This document shows, piece after piece, positions 29,847-38,536 of a stretch of DNA of 64,000 bases. Both the position numbers and the translations under genes were made by a program. This stretch comes from an uncultured Nitrospinota bacterium (GTDB lineage Bacteria > Nitrospinota > Nitrospinia > Nitrospinales > JAJDAT01). Under the pieces are notes generated by a model that did not search any database, was not told the origin of the DNA, and saw only the letters and a list, made by a program, of their open reading frames with translations. Location: the NCBI GenBank assembly GCA_964570665.1, contig CAZMZH010000002.1, positions 301,642 through 365,641 of the forward strand. Direction: 5' to 3'. The stretch's first letter is position 1, and every line of letters begins with the position of its first letter.

Positions 29847-29875
29847 ATTATAAGCTCATTGTCATAGGCTGTCAA
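29847..29875 (-). promoter_or_regulatory. Consensus sigma-70 promoter of the pilus operon
   Basis: The minus strand reads TTGACA (29875-29870), 17 nt, TATAAT (29852-29847), about 37 nt upstream of the pilin ATG at 29810. Confidence 0.6.
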
Positions 29876-30150
29876 ATAGTTGATATCATTAAATTTACCC
29901 TAGTTTCTGAAATGGGTTGAAAAACGCTAAGTTAGCCTACGAAAAAAAATAAATTTTTTTTTTATTTTCTTTACCCTAACTTTCAATATTTTAGAAGAAC
30001 TTATAAAAGGGCTTAATATTCAACAGTTTTGACATTAAAATATTATATACAGTTTTACAAACTTTAACTTCTATTTCATGGTTACTATACACCTAGCGCC
30101 AAAATTATCTTTCCAATTAGTGACTTTTTTATAGAAAGGCCGGGTTTTTC

Positions 30151-31701
30151 TTGATTGGCAACAAAGTATCGCTTCCCATTTCCAACAGAGTTTTACTGAC
30201 TAGCATTTCTTCTGTATTGGCTTGGCTTTTATACCCCGGTTTGGAAGGAGAAGGACTTTCGTTTTTAGTCTGGTTCGCAATGGTTCCGTGGGGTTTGGCT
30301 ATGGTGAATACACGCCCTATTGAAGGAGCTGTTTGTGGTTTTGCTTTTGCTTTTTTTGCTTTTTTTGCAATTTGTTCGGGATTTATCAATGGGATGCAAA
30401 GTTGGCTTGAGCTTTCATTTTCTCTAACATTATTCTGGTATAGCGTAGTTTGTGTTTTTCAAGCTTTGCCTTATGCATTGTTTGGTTGGTGCCAAAGCAA
30501 ATTTGGATGGTTAGGCAACCCTTTTGGTCCTTTACGCGCAGCCGCTTGTCATTGCTTACTTCTTACTATTCTTCCGGCGTTGCTTCCTGGCAACATAACT
30601 CATGCTCTTTATAATTCTCCCCGCGTTATCCAAATTCTTGATTTGGGCGGAATTCCTCTTTTGTTATTTTCCATAATCTTGTCGAATTGGTTGATACTGG
30701 ATTTAATCTTAAAGCTAAAGAATAAAGAAAAGCCAGTCGTTGTTTTAATTTGCTTGGTATCTTTATATCTATTCATAGTGGGTTATGGCACGTTTAGGTT
30801 AGATCAATTTCATGTCGCGGAGAAATCTGCAAAGGCTAATCAATTTTTGCAAGTTGAATCGATTCAACCCAATTTACCCTTAAAATCAAAAAAAATCGGC
30901 GTTGACCTATTGGACAGCGCTTTTGAGTTAACGGAAAAAAGCGCGGAAAGACATCCTAAAGGAGAATTTGTGGTTTGGCCCGAGATTCCTCTAACCCCTA
31001 CTTGTGAGGATAAGGATTATCAAGAAAAGTTAAGCGCTTTGGCAATAAAAATAAACCGAAGGATTTTAGCTCCTTGTACTTGGGTGTCGAAAAAGCCTTA
31101 TAGATATACAAATACTATGAGGATGACACTGCCTTCGGGGGAATTTGGCAAGGAATATAATAAAATGATTTTATTTCCTTTTGGAGAATACATTCCCTTT
31201 GAGAACAATTTTCCTTTTTTACGAAGCTTATTTAAAAAAGCTCGATACTATATTCCCGGCAAAGAACATATTGTGTTTGATTTAGGCGAAGGAAAAAGAA
31301 TCCTACCTGTCATTTGTTATGAATCTGTTTTTACCGATCTAATTCGTAAATTTATTGACCGAGGGGGAAACGCCATTGTCAATATGTCCGACGACGCTTG
31401 GTTTGGAAAAAGCGGTCTTTCTTTAATTCATTTTTCTTTAGCGGTATTTCGATCAGTAGAATACCGCGTGCCAATGGTTCGAGTTACAAACTCTGGAGTT
31501 GGAGCATTTGTTCAAGCGACAGGAGAGATAGTACCTTCATCCCAGACCTCCTTATTTAAGCCAGTGGCAACTTCTTTTTCATTATTTATTCCCAAAGACA
31601 GATCTATTTATTACAACGTAGGTAATGTATTCTTTTGGTTGATTTTGATTCTATTTAGCGTTGATTTATTATGGAAACCAGCCATTCGATTCCTGAAATA
31701 A
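30151..31701 (+). CDS. lnt: Apolipoprotein N-acyltransferase
   Basis: TTG start. Multi-TM N-terminal half, C-terminal CN-hydrolase domain with VWPEIPL and the catalytic-Cys block PVICYESVF. Confidence 0.85.
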   Translation: MIGNKVSLPISNRVLLTSISSVLAWLLYPGLEGEGLSFLVWFAMVPWGLAMVNTRPIEGAVCGFAFAFFAFFAICSGFINGMQSWLELSFSLTLFWYSVVCVFQALPYALFGWCQSKFGWLGNPFGPLRAAACHCLLLTILPALLPGNITHALYNSPRVIQILDLGGIPLLLFSIILSNWLILDLILKLKNKEKPVVVLICLVSLYLFIVGYGTFRLDQFHVAEKSAKANQFLQVESIQPNLPLKSKKIGVDLLDSAFELTEKSAERHPKGEFVVWPEIPLTPTCEDKDYQEKLSALAIKINRRILAPCTWVSKKPYRYTNTMRMTLPSGEFGKEYNKMILFPFGEYIPFENNFPFLRSLFKKARYYIPGKEHIVFDLGEGKRILPVICYESVFTDLIRKFIDRGGNAIVNMSDDAWFGKSGLSLIHFSLAVFRSVEYRVPMVRVTNSGVGAFVQATGEIVPSSQTSLFKPVATSFSLFIPKDRSIYYNVGNVFFWLILILFSVDLLWKPAIRFLK

Positions 31702-31804
31702 ACTTTTTTATATTTTTTTTATTGTAAGACCGTCAATCGGTAGGATGAAATTCTTTGAAAAACGGCATATTAATCCAAAACGACCCATAAAGTTTGATAA
31801 AAGG

Positions 31805-31833
31805 TTGTTTTTCAAAACACTTAGGGATAAATT
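31805..31833 (+). promoter_or_regulatory. Candidate sigma-70 promoter of paralogue P1
   Basis: TTGTTT-N17-TAAATT. The same element and flanks (TAAAAGGTTGTTTTT...TAAATTA) recur upstream of P2 at 33336-33364. Confidence 0.4.
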
Positions 31834-31866
31834 AGTAGTTAGGAAAAAAAATCTAATATTTAAACA

Positions 31867-33174
31867 GTGAAAAGGCCAATGAAAAATAAGCCCGTAAAAA
31901 ATAAAAAGGTAAAATTTATTTTTAAGGATTTCCCATCTTTAAAGGCTTTGGGTATTACCTTATTTTTTGTTTTGGCTTTATTGTCGCCTAATCCGATAAA
32001 TAGTAATATTGTCGACAATGCGTATGCGGGTGGGGGGAGTCCTTCTCCATCGCCTTCTCCATCGCCATCACCGTCGCCTTCACCATCACCGTCGCCATCA
32101 CCGTCGCCTTCTCCATCACCGTCGCCTTCTCCATCGCCATCTGTTGATGAATGCGATTTAGGTACTGATTGGAATTATGATTGGGATAATTGTTCTCGGT
32201 CTATAGATTGCGACTCGATTCATACTTTGAAGATGTATTACCATCCAAATTTTACCGCTACCAATTTCCCATCGCCGAATATAACGGTAACAGGGAAAGA
32301 TGCGGGTGATAGTTGTACCTTTGACGTTAATTTTACCAAGGTATCAGGCGGTGATAATTGTGGGTACGCGTTATATACAGCAAGCGGCGGTACACAATTA
32401 AAAGTAAATACCAATGCCATTAATGGGGCGACGAATTGTGAATTAAGAATTACTGTTGCGGCGCCGAGGACCACTAATTTGGGCATTAGCTCGGAAACTC
32501 GTTGGACCGGCTTTGGTATTTGGGCGAATAAGGCTTGGGCTTCTGTTGAAGGCATGAAAGGTTTTGTAAGCGCTCATTCAACGACAGGAGATTTACGAGC
32601 AGACGTAACATCGGGTAATGTTTTTATGACATCCGTAACTGGGAATTTATGGGCAATAGGCTTGACCCAGAAGGCTGAACTAAGAACTTGCTCTGATATT
32701 AGAGCTGAGTATTGTTCAATTCCAAGCGGATCTAATTATTTAAGAGTTGATACGAAGCGAGCGGGTAATGGGCTTCGGAATAGTGGTACCACATGTTCTG
32801 TAGACGATTCAGATAAAGATAAAGACAAGGACAAAGATAAAGACAAGGACAAAGATAAAGACAGTGACAAAGATAAAGACAGTGACAAAGATAAAGACAG
32901 TGACAAAGATAAAGACAGTGACAAAGATAAAGACAAGGACAAAGATAAAGATAAGGATGAAGACGAAGATGAAGATCCTTATGGAAATATTGACGTTCAA
33001 TATATTCCTACGACTACCTTCAAAGAAGAGTTGGCTGTTGATTTAACCAAATATCGCAACGATATTGGAAATTGCCCAGGATGTAGTTATAAAATAGACG
33101 CAGATAGTTTGGGGCATGTTTATATAATTAATAAAAATGTTCCTTCCGGAACAACGAACATTTGCGCTCATTAA
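31867..33174 (+). CDS. Secreted Cys-containing protein P1 with (Ser-Pro)17 and Asp-Lys tracts; family unknown
   Basis: Signal peptide ...NAYA|GGG. Paralogous to 33534-34631 and 34651-35640. The GTG at 31867 or the ATG at 31879 (preceded by AAAGG) could be the start. Confidence 0.8.
   Translation: MKRPMKNKPVKNKKVKFIFKDFPSLKALGITLFFVLALLSPNPINSNIVDNAYAGGGSPSPSPSPSPSPSPSPSPSPSPSPSPSPSPSPSPSVDECDLGTDWNYDWDNCSRSIDCDSIHTLKMYYHPNFTATNFPSPNITVTGKDAGDSCTFDVNFTKVSGGDNCGYALYTASGGTQLKVNTNAINGATNCELRITVAAPRTTNLGISSETRWTGFGIWANKAWASVEGMKGFVSAHSTTGDLRADVTSGNVFMTSVTGNLWAIGLTQKAELRTCSDIRAEYCSIPSGSNYLRVDTKRAGNGLRNSGTTCSVDDSDKDKDKDKDKDKDKDKDSDKDKDSDKDKDSDKDKDSDKDKDKDKDKDKDEDEDEDPYGNIDVQYIPTTTFKEELAVDLTKYRNDIGNCPGCSYKIDADSLGHVYIINKNVPSGTTNICAH
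32038..32142 (+). repeat. (Ser-Pro)17-Ser coding microsatellite-like tract
   Basis: 105 nt of tcN-ccN dipeptide codons with mixed synonymous codons (tct/tcg/tca, cca/cct/ccg). Confidence 0.95.
32803..32976 (+). repeat. Asp-Lys / Asp-Ser / Asp-Glu coding tandem repeat in P1
   Basis: ~58 codons (hand count). The core is seven consecutive 18-nt units at 32824-32949: 2x gacaaggacaaagataaa, 4x gacagtgacaaagataaa (perfect, 32860-32931), 1x gacaaggacaaagataaa. Confidence 0.95.
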
Positions 33175-33335
33175 TTCATTCCTTTAAATGACCAAGTAGA
33201 TAGTAAGTAAAAGTTCGATTTTGCTTTCCCCTTCCCTTTTTTTAAAAAGTTGATTAAGCCACGCGGTTTTTTCCAGTAAACCTCCTGTGAAAAAGATTGA
33301 AAATCCCCAAGTTAAGGTAAATATTTTGTAAAAGG

Positions 33336-33364
33336 TTGTTTTTGAATGTGTTGAGGCGTAAATT
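33336..33364 (+). promoter_or_regulatory. Candidate sigma-70 promoter of paralogue P2 (duplicate of the P1 element)
   Basis: TTGTTT-N17-TAAATT within the conserved TAAAAGGTTGTTTTT...TAAATTA context, about 170 nt upstream of the P2 start. Confidence 0.35.
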
Positions 33365-33533
33365 ATAGTGAACTCTGATTTCTATTTAATCGATGCGGGT
33401 CAAACTTTTTTCCAAATAAAATAGGAATTAGTGGGAGGATGGCTTTCTGTTTTTTTAGTTTTAAAGAAATAGTAAATGTATTGCCATAGAGCGTTTGAAT
33501 TAATCTTAAATTTTAAAATAATTTGGGTACTAG

Positions 33534-34631
33534 GTGATGAATGAAATTTCAAAGTATATTAAAACCCTTTTTCGAATTTTTTCATTTTGTGTCTTGGCAA
33601 TATTATTTTTCTTTGCGCCATCGCCTTTGCCATTAATCGGCCAAGCGCAAGCCGCCGATTGTGATGAAGGATCATGGGATTATGATTGGAGTAGTTGTAC
33701 CCTATCGGTTGATTGCGATTCAGTAAATAGGTTAAGAGTTGTTTATAATGCAACATTTACTTCTACTAATTTTCCTGCGCCTAATATTTATGTTTTAGGA
33801 AAAGATACTCCAAGCGAGTGTACGTTTGATTTTAATTTGACCAAAGTATCGGGCGGAGACGACTGTGCTTATAAAATTTATACAGATAAAAGTGGCGAAA
33901 GACTGAATTTAAATACCAGGCGTCGAAATGGGGAGACCAATTGCGAAATTAGGGCTAATATTACGGCTCCCAGAACCATGAATATAAATAATATTACTGC
34001 CAATAAAGCTTGGGCATCCGTTGAAGGAATGACAGGCCAAGTAATAGCAAAATCCACGATAGGCGATCTTCGCGCTGACGTTACGTCTGACAAGGTAGTT
34101 TTATTATCCGAAACCGGTAATCTATGGGCTTCTGGACTAAAAAAAGTAGCTACCTTAAGGACTTGTTCAGATATTAGAGCGTTTTATTGTGTAATACCTA
34201 CCACAAATACAACGTTGACAACAGAAACAAAGAGGTCCGGAAAAAAGCTTGCTTGTGTGGTGGATGACTCTGACAAAGACAAGGATAAAGACAAAGATAA
34301 AGACAAAGATAAAGACAAAGACAAGGATAAAGACAAAGACAAGGATAAAGACAAAGACAAAGACAAGGACAAGGACAAAGACAAGGACAAGGATAAAGAC
34401 AAAGATGAAGACGAGGATGAGGAAGATGAAGACAGTCACGGAAATATAGACGTCCAATTTCTTCCGACAACTGGGTTCAAAGAAATATTGGATGTAGACT
34501 TAACCAAATATCGAAATGATATGGGTAATTGTCCAACTTGTAGGTTTAAATATAAACCAATCAGTTTGGGTCATGTGTTCGTTATTGAGAAAAATGTTCC
34601 TGCTGGAACCACTAACGATTGTCCATACTAA
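33534..34631 (+). CDS. Secreted Cys-containing protein P2 with a long (Asp-Lys)22 tract; family unknown
   Basis: Signal peptide ...GQAQA|ADC. Collinear with P1 (CD.G.W.YDW, DCDS, TNFP.PNI, TKVSGGD.C, NKAWASVEGM, GDLRADVTS, TGNLWA, LRTCSDIRA, GNIDVQ, VDLTKYRND.GNCP.C, GTTN.C). Confidence 0.8.
   Translation: MMNEISKYIKTLFRIFSFCVLAILFFFAPSPLPLIGQAQAADCDEGSWDYDWSSCTLSVDCDSVNRLRVVYNATFTSTNFPAPNIYVLGKDTPSECTFDFNLTKVSGGDDCAYKIYTDKSGERLNLNTRRRNGETNCEIRANITAPRTMNINNITANKAWASVEGMTGQVIAKSTIGDLRADVTSDKVVLLSETGNLWASGLKKVATLRTCSDIRAFYCVIPTTNTTLTTETKRSGKKLACVVDDSDKDKDKDKDKDKDKDKDKDKDKDKDKDKDKDKDKDKDKDKDKDKDEDEDEEDEDSHGNIDVQFLPTTGFKEILDVDLTKYRNDMGNCPTCRFKYKPISLGHVFVIEKNVPAGTTNDCPY
34263..34433 (+). repeat. 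(Asp-Lys)22 + Asp/Glu coding repeat in P2
   Basis: 57 codons (hand count) of gaY-aaR hexamers in irregular order, followed by DEDEDEEDED. Confidence 0.95.
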
Positions 34632-34650
34632 GTTTTTCTAAGATCGAATT

Positions 34651-35640
34651 ATGAAACCAACTTCAATAAAAAAAAATGGTTTGAGGATTTTTATTGGAGT
34701 TTTAGCGGCCTGTCAGATATACGCAACGGCATTTGCTTCGGAAGGGGAGGAAAGATGTCAAGTAACCTCTAAGTTGCAAAGTAATATAAAGGCTTGTTCT
34801 AAATTAGTTTCTTTACCTTCCGTTGATAAACTGTATGTTCTATACGGTAAAAACTCTATCGCTACAGACAGATCATCCTCTAATATTTTGATCAAAGCTT
34901 GGGAAGAAAGGGAGTGTGACAACTCTGACAAGGGTAAAGATAAAGATGTCGAAAATAATCGAATAGATTGTAATACCGATTTTCATGTTTCTATGAAAAA
35001 AATAAGCGGGGGCGATCAATGCGGTTTTATTATCGATAATCCAAAAAAGCAATCCGATCAATTAAAAATTGTTATAAAGCGAAAAAGTCGTTCCAAAATT
35101 GACAATTGCGAAATGCAAATGATTATTCGAGCTCCGGCGTTTACACAATTAATTAGAAATGTGTATAACAAGGCTGAAGCGCAAATTGTCGGGATGAAGG
35201 CATTAATTGGAGCGACTTCTACTTCGGGAGATATTCATGCGGAAGTTACTTCTCCCCAAGTAAACTTGACTTCTAAAACTGGGAGTCTATGGGCATACGG
35301 GTTGACTAAGCGAGGCAAAATAATGACGCGGGGAGGAGATGTTGCCGTCCAATATTGTAAAACTCCTGAAAATCAAACGGGAGAGCTTCAATTGTTAACG
35401 TTAACTTCGAAAGATGGAAGCGTGCCCGCCGGTTATGTGAGTTTATTTTTACCTCAAGAAATGGAATATTGGATGCATAAGTCTCTCAAAAAACAATTAA
35501 AGAAAGCGAACCACCTCAAAACACAAGTTCCCGAGTGTGGATATGCGAATTGTAAGTCTTTTAAAATGCGAGGAGACGTTCGAAATTATATGTATGTTTC
35601 AGCGCTTCCTCAAAAAGCCGCTAATGTTTGTCGATTTTGA
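34651..35640 (+). CDS. Secreted paralogue P3 (divergent, lacks the long Asp-Lys tract)
   Basis: Signal peptide ...ATAFA|SEG. Shares KISGGDQCGF, DNCEMQMIIRAP, NKAEAQIVGM, SGDIHAEVTS, TGSLWAYGL and a C-terminal Cys pair. Only a short DKGKDKD at a different position. Starts 19 nt after the P2 stop. Confidence 0.75.
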   Translation: MKPTSIKKNGLRIFIGVLAACQIYATAFASEGEERCQVTSKLQSNIKACSKLVSLPSVDKLYVLYGKNSIATDRSSSNILIKAWEERECDNSDKGKDKDVENNRIDCNTDFHVSMKKISGGDQCGFIIDNPKKQSDQLKIVIKRKSRSKIDNCEMQMIIRAPAFTQLIRNVYNKAEAQIVGMKALIGATSTSGDIHAEVTSPQVNLTSKTGSLWAYGLTKRGKIMTRGGDVAVQYCKTPENQTGELQLLTLTSKDGSVPAGYVSLFLPQEMEYWMHKSLKKQLKKANHLKTQVPECGYANCKSFKMRGDVRNYMYVSALPQKAANVCRF

Positions 35641-36083
35641 ATATTTGATTATTTTTATTCCACCAACGCCTCACACCTCTTAGTATTTTTAACTATACCC
35701 TCCGTCCCGCCTTCATTATGTACCCACTTTGCTTGTAGTCAATATCATTGACTTAACGAAATGGCTCGTCAATTATAGCGATTGGGTTTCTTCTACGGTT
35801 CCAAATTTTTTTTGGTTTGTTAGTTTAAATTGAGTAGATATAAGCGATTTAAGCGCAGTCAAAAAAAACTGGTCGCATAACAGATTATTGTGGTATTTGA
35901 ATTCGAAAGTTACCAATGAGTTTGTCGAGTTATTTTTTATCGATCTATCTATTTTAGATTAATTAAATCGTTTTTAATAAATTTAATTTATTACTTTTTT
36001 ATGTCGCTCCGATTATAATTATTTTCAAATTTTTAAATTAAAAATTTAAGCAATTGAAACCGCAATAAAATATTGAATTATCG

Positions 36084-38318
36084 ATGATTCATTTCAAAAA
36101 AATAAAAATAATTTTAAACGAGAGTAGAGCTTTATTTTTATGGGTTTTATTAATTGGTTTTTTTTTAATTGGAATAAAGTTGCGTTGGGAAGCTTTAGAT
36201 ATAGTTAGGCTTAACGAATGGCTTTCCCGTGATATTGATAGAGCGTTAAATCTATTTAGCGGTACTTACTTCCCGCTTGCAGGGCCAGAAACAACTAATG
36301 GGCTAAGATTACCAGGGCCATTTTTATATATTTTAATGGCAATTCCTTTTTTCTTTGAAACCTCGTACGAGTCGCTATTTAATTTCTATTTCGTAATTAA
36401 TTCTGCATCGCTTTTCGTATCCTTTTATGTAGTAAGGAAATATTTTAACTTTAATACCGCTTTTTTAGTTACCGTTCTTCAATCGACCCATCTTTTATAT
36501 ATTGAAGCAATTGCGTTTCCCATAAATCCAACGTTTTTATTGCCACTCATACCTTTTTTATTGTGGGCAATCCTAGAGTTTTCTCTAAATAGAAATGAAA
36601 AAGCCCTTAAGTTTGTTGGTTTGATTATTTCATTAGGAATACAAATTCATTTGTCAATTGCAACGTTTTTACTAGTCCCGCTTGTTTGGAGTATTATCTT
36701 TCGCATAAAGATTTCTACTAGAGAAATTTTAAGAACGGCGCTTGTAAGTCTGGCTACTTTTTTACCTTTTATATATTATTTCTTTAACTCATATAAACCT
36801 GATTTACCTATAAGTCACGTAACTAAATTTGACCCTTTTTCTAATTTTTTTGAACCAATAAAAATCTTAACGGTCCAAAATACGGTAAACAGGTTAACTG
36901 ATTTTAATATTGGTCAAGGTAACTTAACGAACTTTAGCGAAGTTTCTAAATTATTTACATTAACTCAGTTTACTTTATTGAATATAAGTTTATTGGGGAT
37001 AGTGATTTTTGGTATTTTTAAAATTAAAAAAGAAGGAATTGAAAGCTACCAAAAGGAAATACTAGTTTTTTTGTTCTTTTATTGCCCGGCCCTAATTTAT
37101 GACTTAATTAGGCCTTGGGATATTCATTTTTGGTACAACTACATTTTTATTTTTCCAACAGCGTTATTAGTTAGCAAATTTATTACAACAGTTTTAGAGG
37201 TTCTAAAAAAAACCATTTCAATAAACTTAATAGCGAAAATAATAAGTTTAAGTCTTCTAGGTTATTGGACTTTTTATAATATAAGCTACATCCGTGATTC
37301 AAAAAAAACGATCGGCGATATGGCTTATATTGGAGATTATCAAAACTATAATGGGTTTAAACTTTTGAGTAATAAGCTCGCAGAAGCTCTTGGCATATCT
37401 TTAAATACGTTTTTCAGTAATGTTTTTGATCAAAAAATGTTTTTGTTGTCGACGGAAAATCCAAAACTATTAAACAATAATAAAAAATTAAATAAGGAAA
37501 CATTAATTAAAGAAAATTGTTTTTTCATCATTGACGATCGTTTTTTCCCGGTTGCTGAAAAATACGCAAGTTTTATTATCTCGGAAGTTAGCGATAGCAA
37601 ATTGAAAAAGGAGAGAGAGAAACTAGATATTTTTTTAAAAGATCCCACGTTAAAAATTTCCCCTAGTTATATGGTTTCTTTTAAGGGCGACGATCTCCCT
37701 GGATTCCATCGTATATCGCGCGTTAATAGAAAGTACCATGTCTATGAATATCGTCCTAAAAATAAACAGAATTGCTATAGTAACCAAATTAATCCTTTTC
37801 CAGTGACTCTCGAAGATAATTCGTTTTATGACGATCTATTTAATTTTCAAAAATCTAATAATAAGCTTTTAAAAAATAAATTTGAATTTGACTCTGCTGG
37901 GGTTCTCGATAATTTAGAGATTAAATACATTCTTTTAGAGGGGGAGATTACCAATCCGGTTATATTTCAAGTTGAAATTAGAAAAAAACCAACTGGTTAT
38001 GATGTAAAAACTCAAATCAATTCTTATTTCTGGGGCGTTTCGAAATCGGATAAATTTATTTTTACAGAGTTAAAATTAAATATTTATAATGACGGAAAAT
38101 TAAAAATTGATTTGCCAATTATTTCAGAAAACTCTTGGGTTGCTAATGGATATGGGATAAACACAGTTAAACCCAGTTGGTATCGAAATTTCGAAATAAA
38201 AAATGGCCTTAAAGTTATGAAAGCTGAAATGCTTTTTGAAATTTCGGGTAAGCTAATGTTTCCAAGTAAAGATAAATCGAAAGAGGTCGATTTCAAAACT
38301 TTTATACCCATATTATGA
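36084..38318 (+). CDS. Large polytopic membrane protein, GT-C-type glycosyltransferase-like (744 aa)
   Basis: About 12-13 predicted TM helices in the first ~400 aa. The first extracytoplasmic loop has an acidic motif (LSRDIDRAL...GPETTNGLRLPGPFLY) like ArnT/PMT-type enzymes. ~340-aa soluble C-terminal domain. Recognised by architecture only. Confidence 0.45.
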   Translation: MIHFKKIKIILNESRALFLWVLLIGFFLIGIKLRWEALDIVRLNEWLSRDIDRALNLFSGTYFPLAGPETTNGLRLPGPFLYILMAIPFFFETSYESLFNFYFVINSASLFVSFYVVRKYFNFNTAFLVTVLQSTHLLYIEAIAFPINPTFLLPLIPFLLWAILEFSLNRNEKALKFVGLIISLGIQIHLSIATFLLVPLVWSIIFRIKISTREILRTALVSLATFLPFIYYFFNSYKPDLPISHVTKFDPFSNFFEPIKILTVQNTVNRLTDFNIGQGNLTNFSEVSKLFTLTQFTLLNISLLGIVIFGIFKIKKEGIESYQKEILVFLFFYCPALIYDLIRPWDIHFWYNYIFIFPTALLVSKFITTVLEVLKKTISINLIAKIISLSLLGYWTFYNISYIRDSKKTIGDMAYIGDYQNYNGFKLLSNKLAEALGISLNTFFSNVFDQKMFLLSTENPKLLNNNKKLNKETLIKENCFFIIDDRFFPVAEKYASFIISEVSDSKLKKEREKLDIFLKDPTLKISPSYMVSFKGDDLPGFHRISRVNRKYHVYEYRPKNKQNCYSNQINPFPVTLEDNSFYDDLFNFQKSNNKLLKNKFEFDSAGVLDNLEIKYILLEGEITNPVIFQVEIRKKPTGYDVKTQINSYFWGVSKSDKFIFTELKLNIYNDGKLKIDLPIISENSWVANGYGINTVKPSWYRNFEIKNGLKVMKAEMLFEISGKLMFPSKDKSKEVDFKTFIPIL

Positions 38319-38536
38319 ATATTTTATTAGACGCTAAATAGGTGATTTAAATATTTCACACAATACTCTATTTTTTAAGGGTAAATCAGCGTCTTAGTTT
38401 ACTTTAGTTTTTAGTAGTCAAAGTTTTGCGTGGCTTATTATGTAAGGTTATGAAACAAACAAGCAAAAACTTTGGTGAGTAGATTTTAAGGAAATCGGTT
38501 GGAAGTAAAAAAAAACAGAGAGTTGCTATTGATTAA

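Noticed and set aside
32803-34433. Periodic short repeats as a possible CRISPR array or other non-coding repeat locus
   Set aside because: The units are 6-18 nt, contiguous with no spacers, in frame, and inside ORFs with conserved flanking protein domains. They are coding low-complexity repeats.
32736-34470. ORF-track entries translating to (LS)n, (FIFV)n, (KTKI)n and Cys/Leu-rich peptides (32736-32942, 32809-33000, 32864-33046, 34167-34457, 34184-34402, 34198-34470, 34249-34449)
   Set aside because: All are alternative-frame or antisense readings of the gaY-aaR repeat tracts of P1 and P2. The repeats lack stop codons in several frames, so these ORFs are artefacts.
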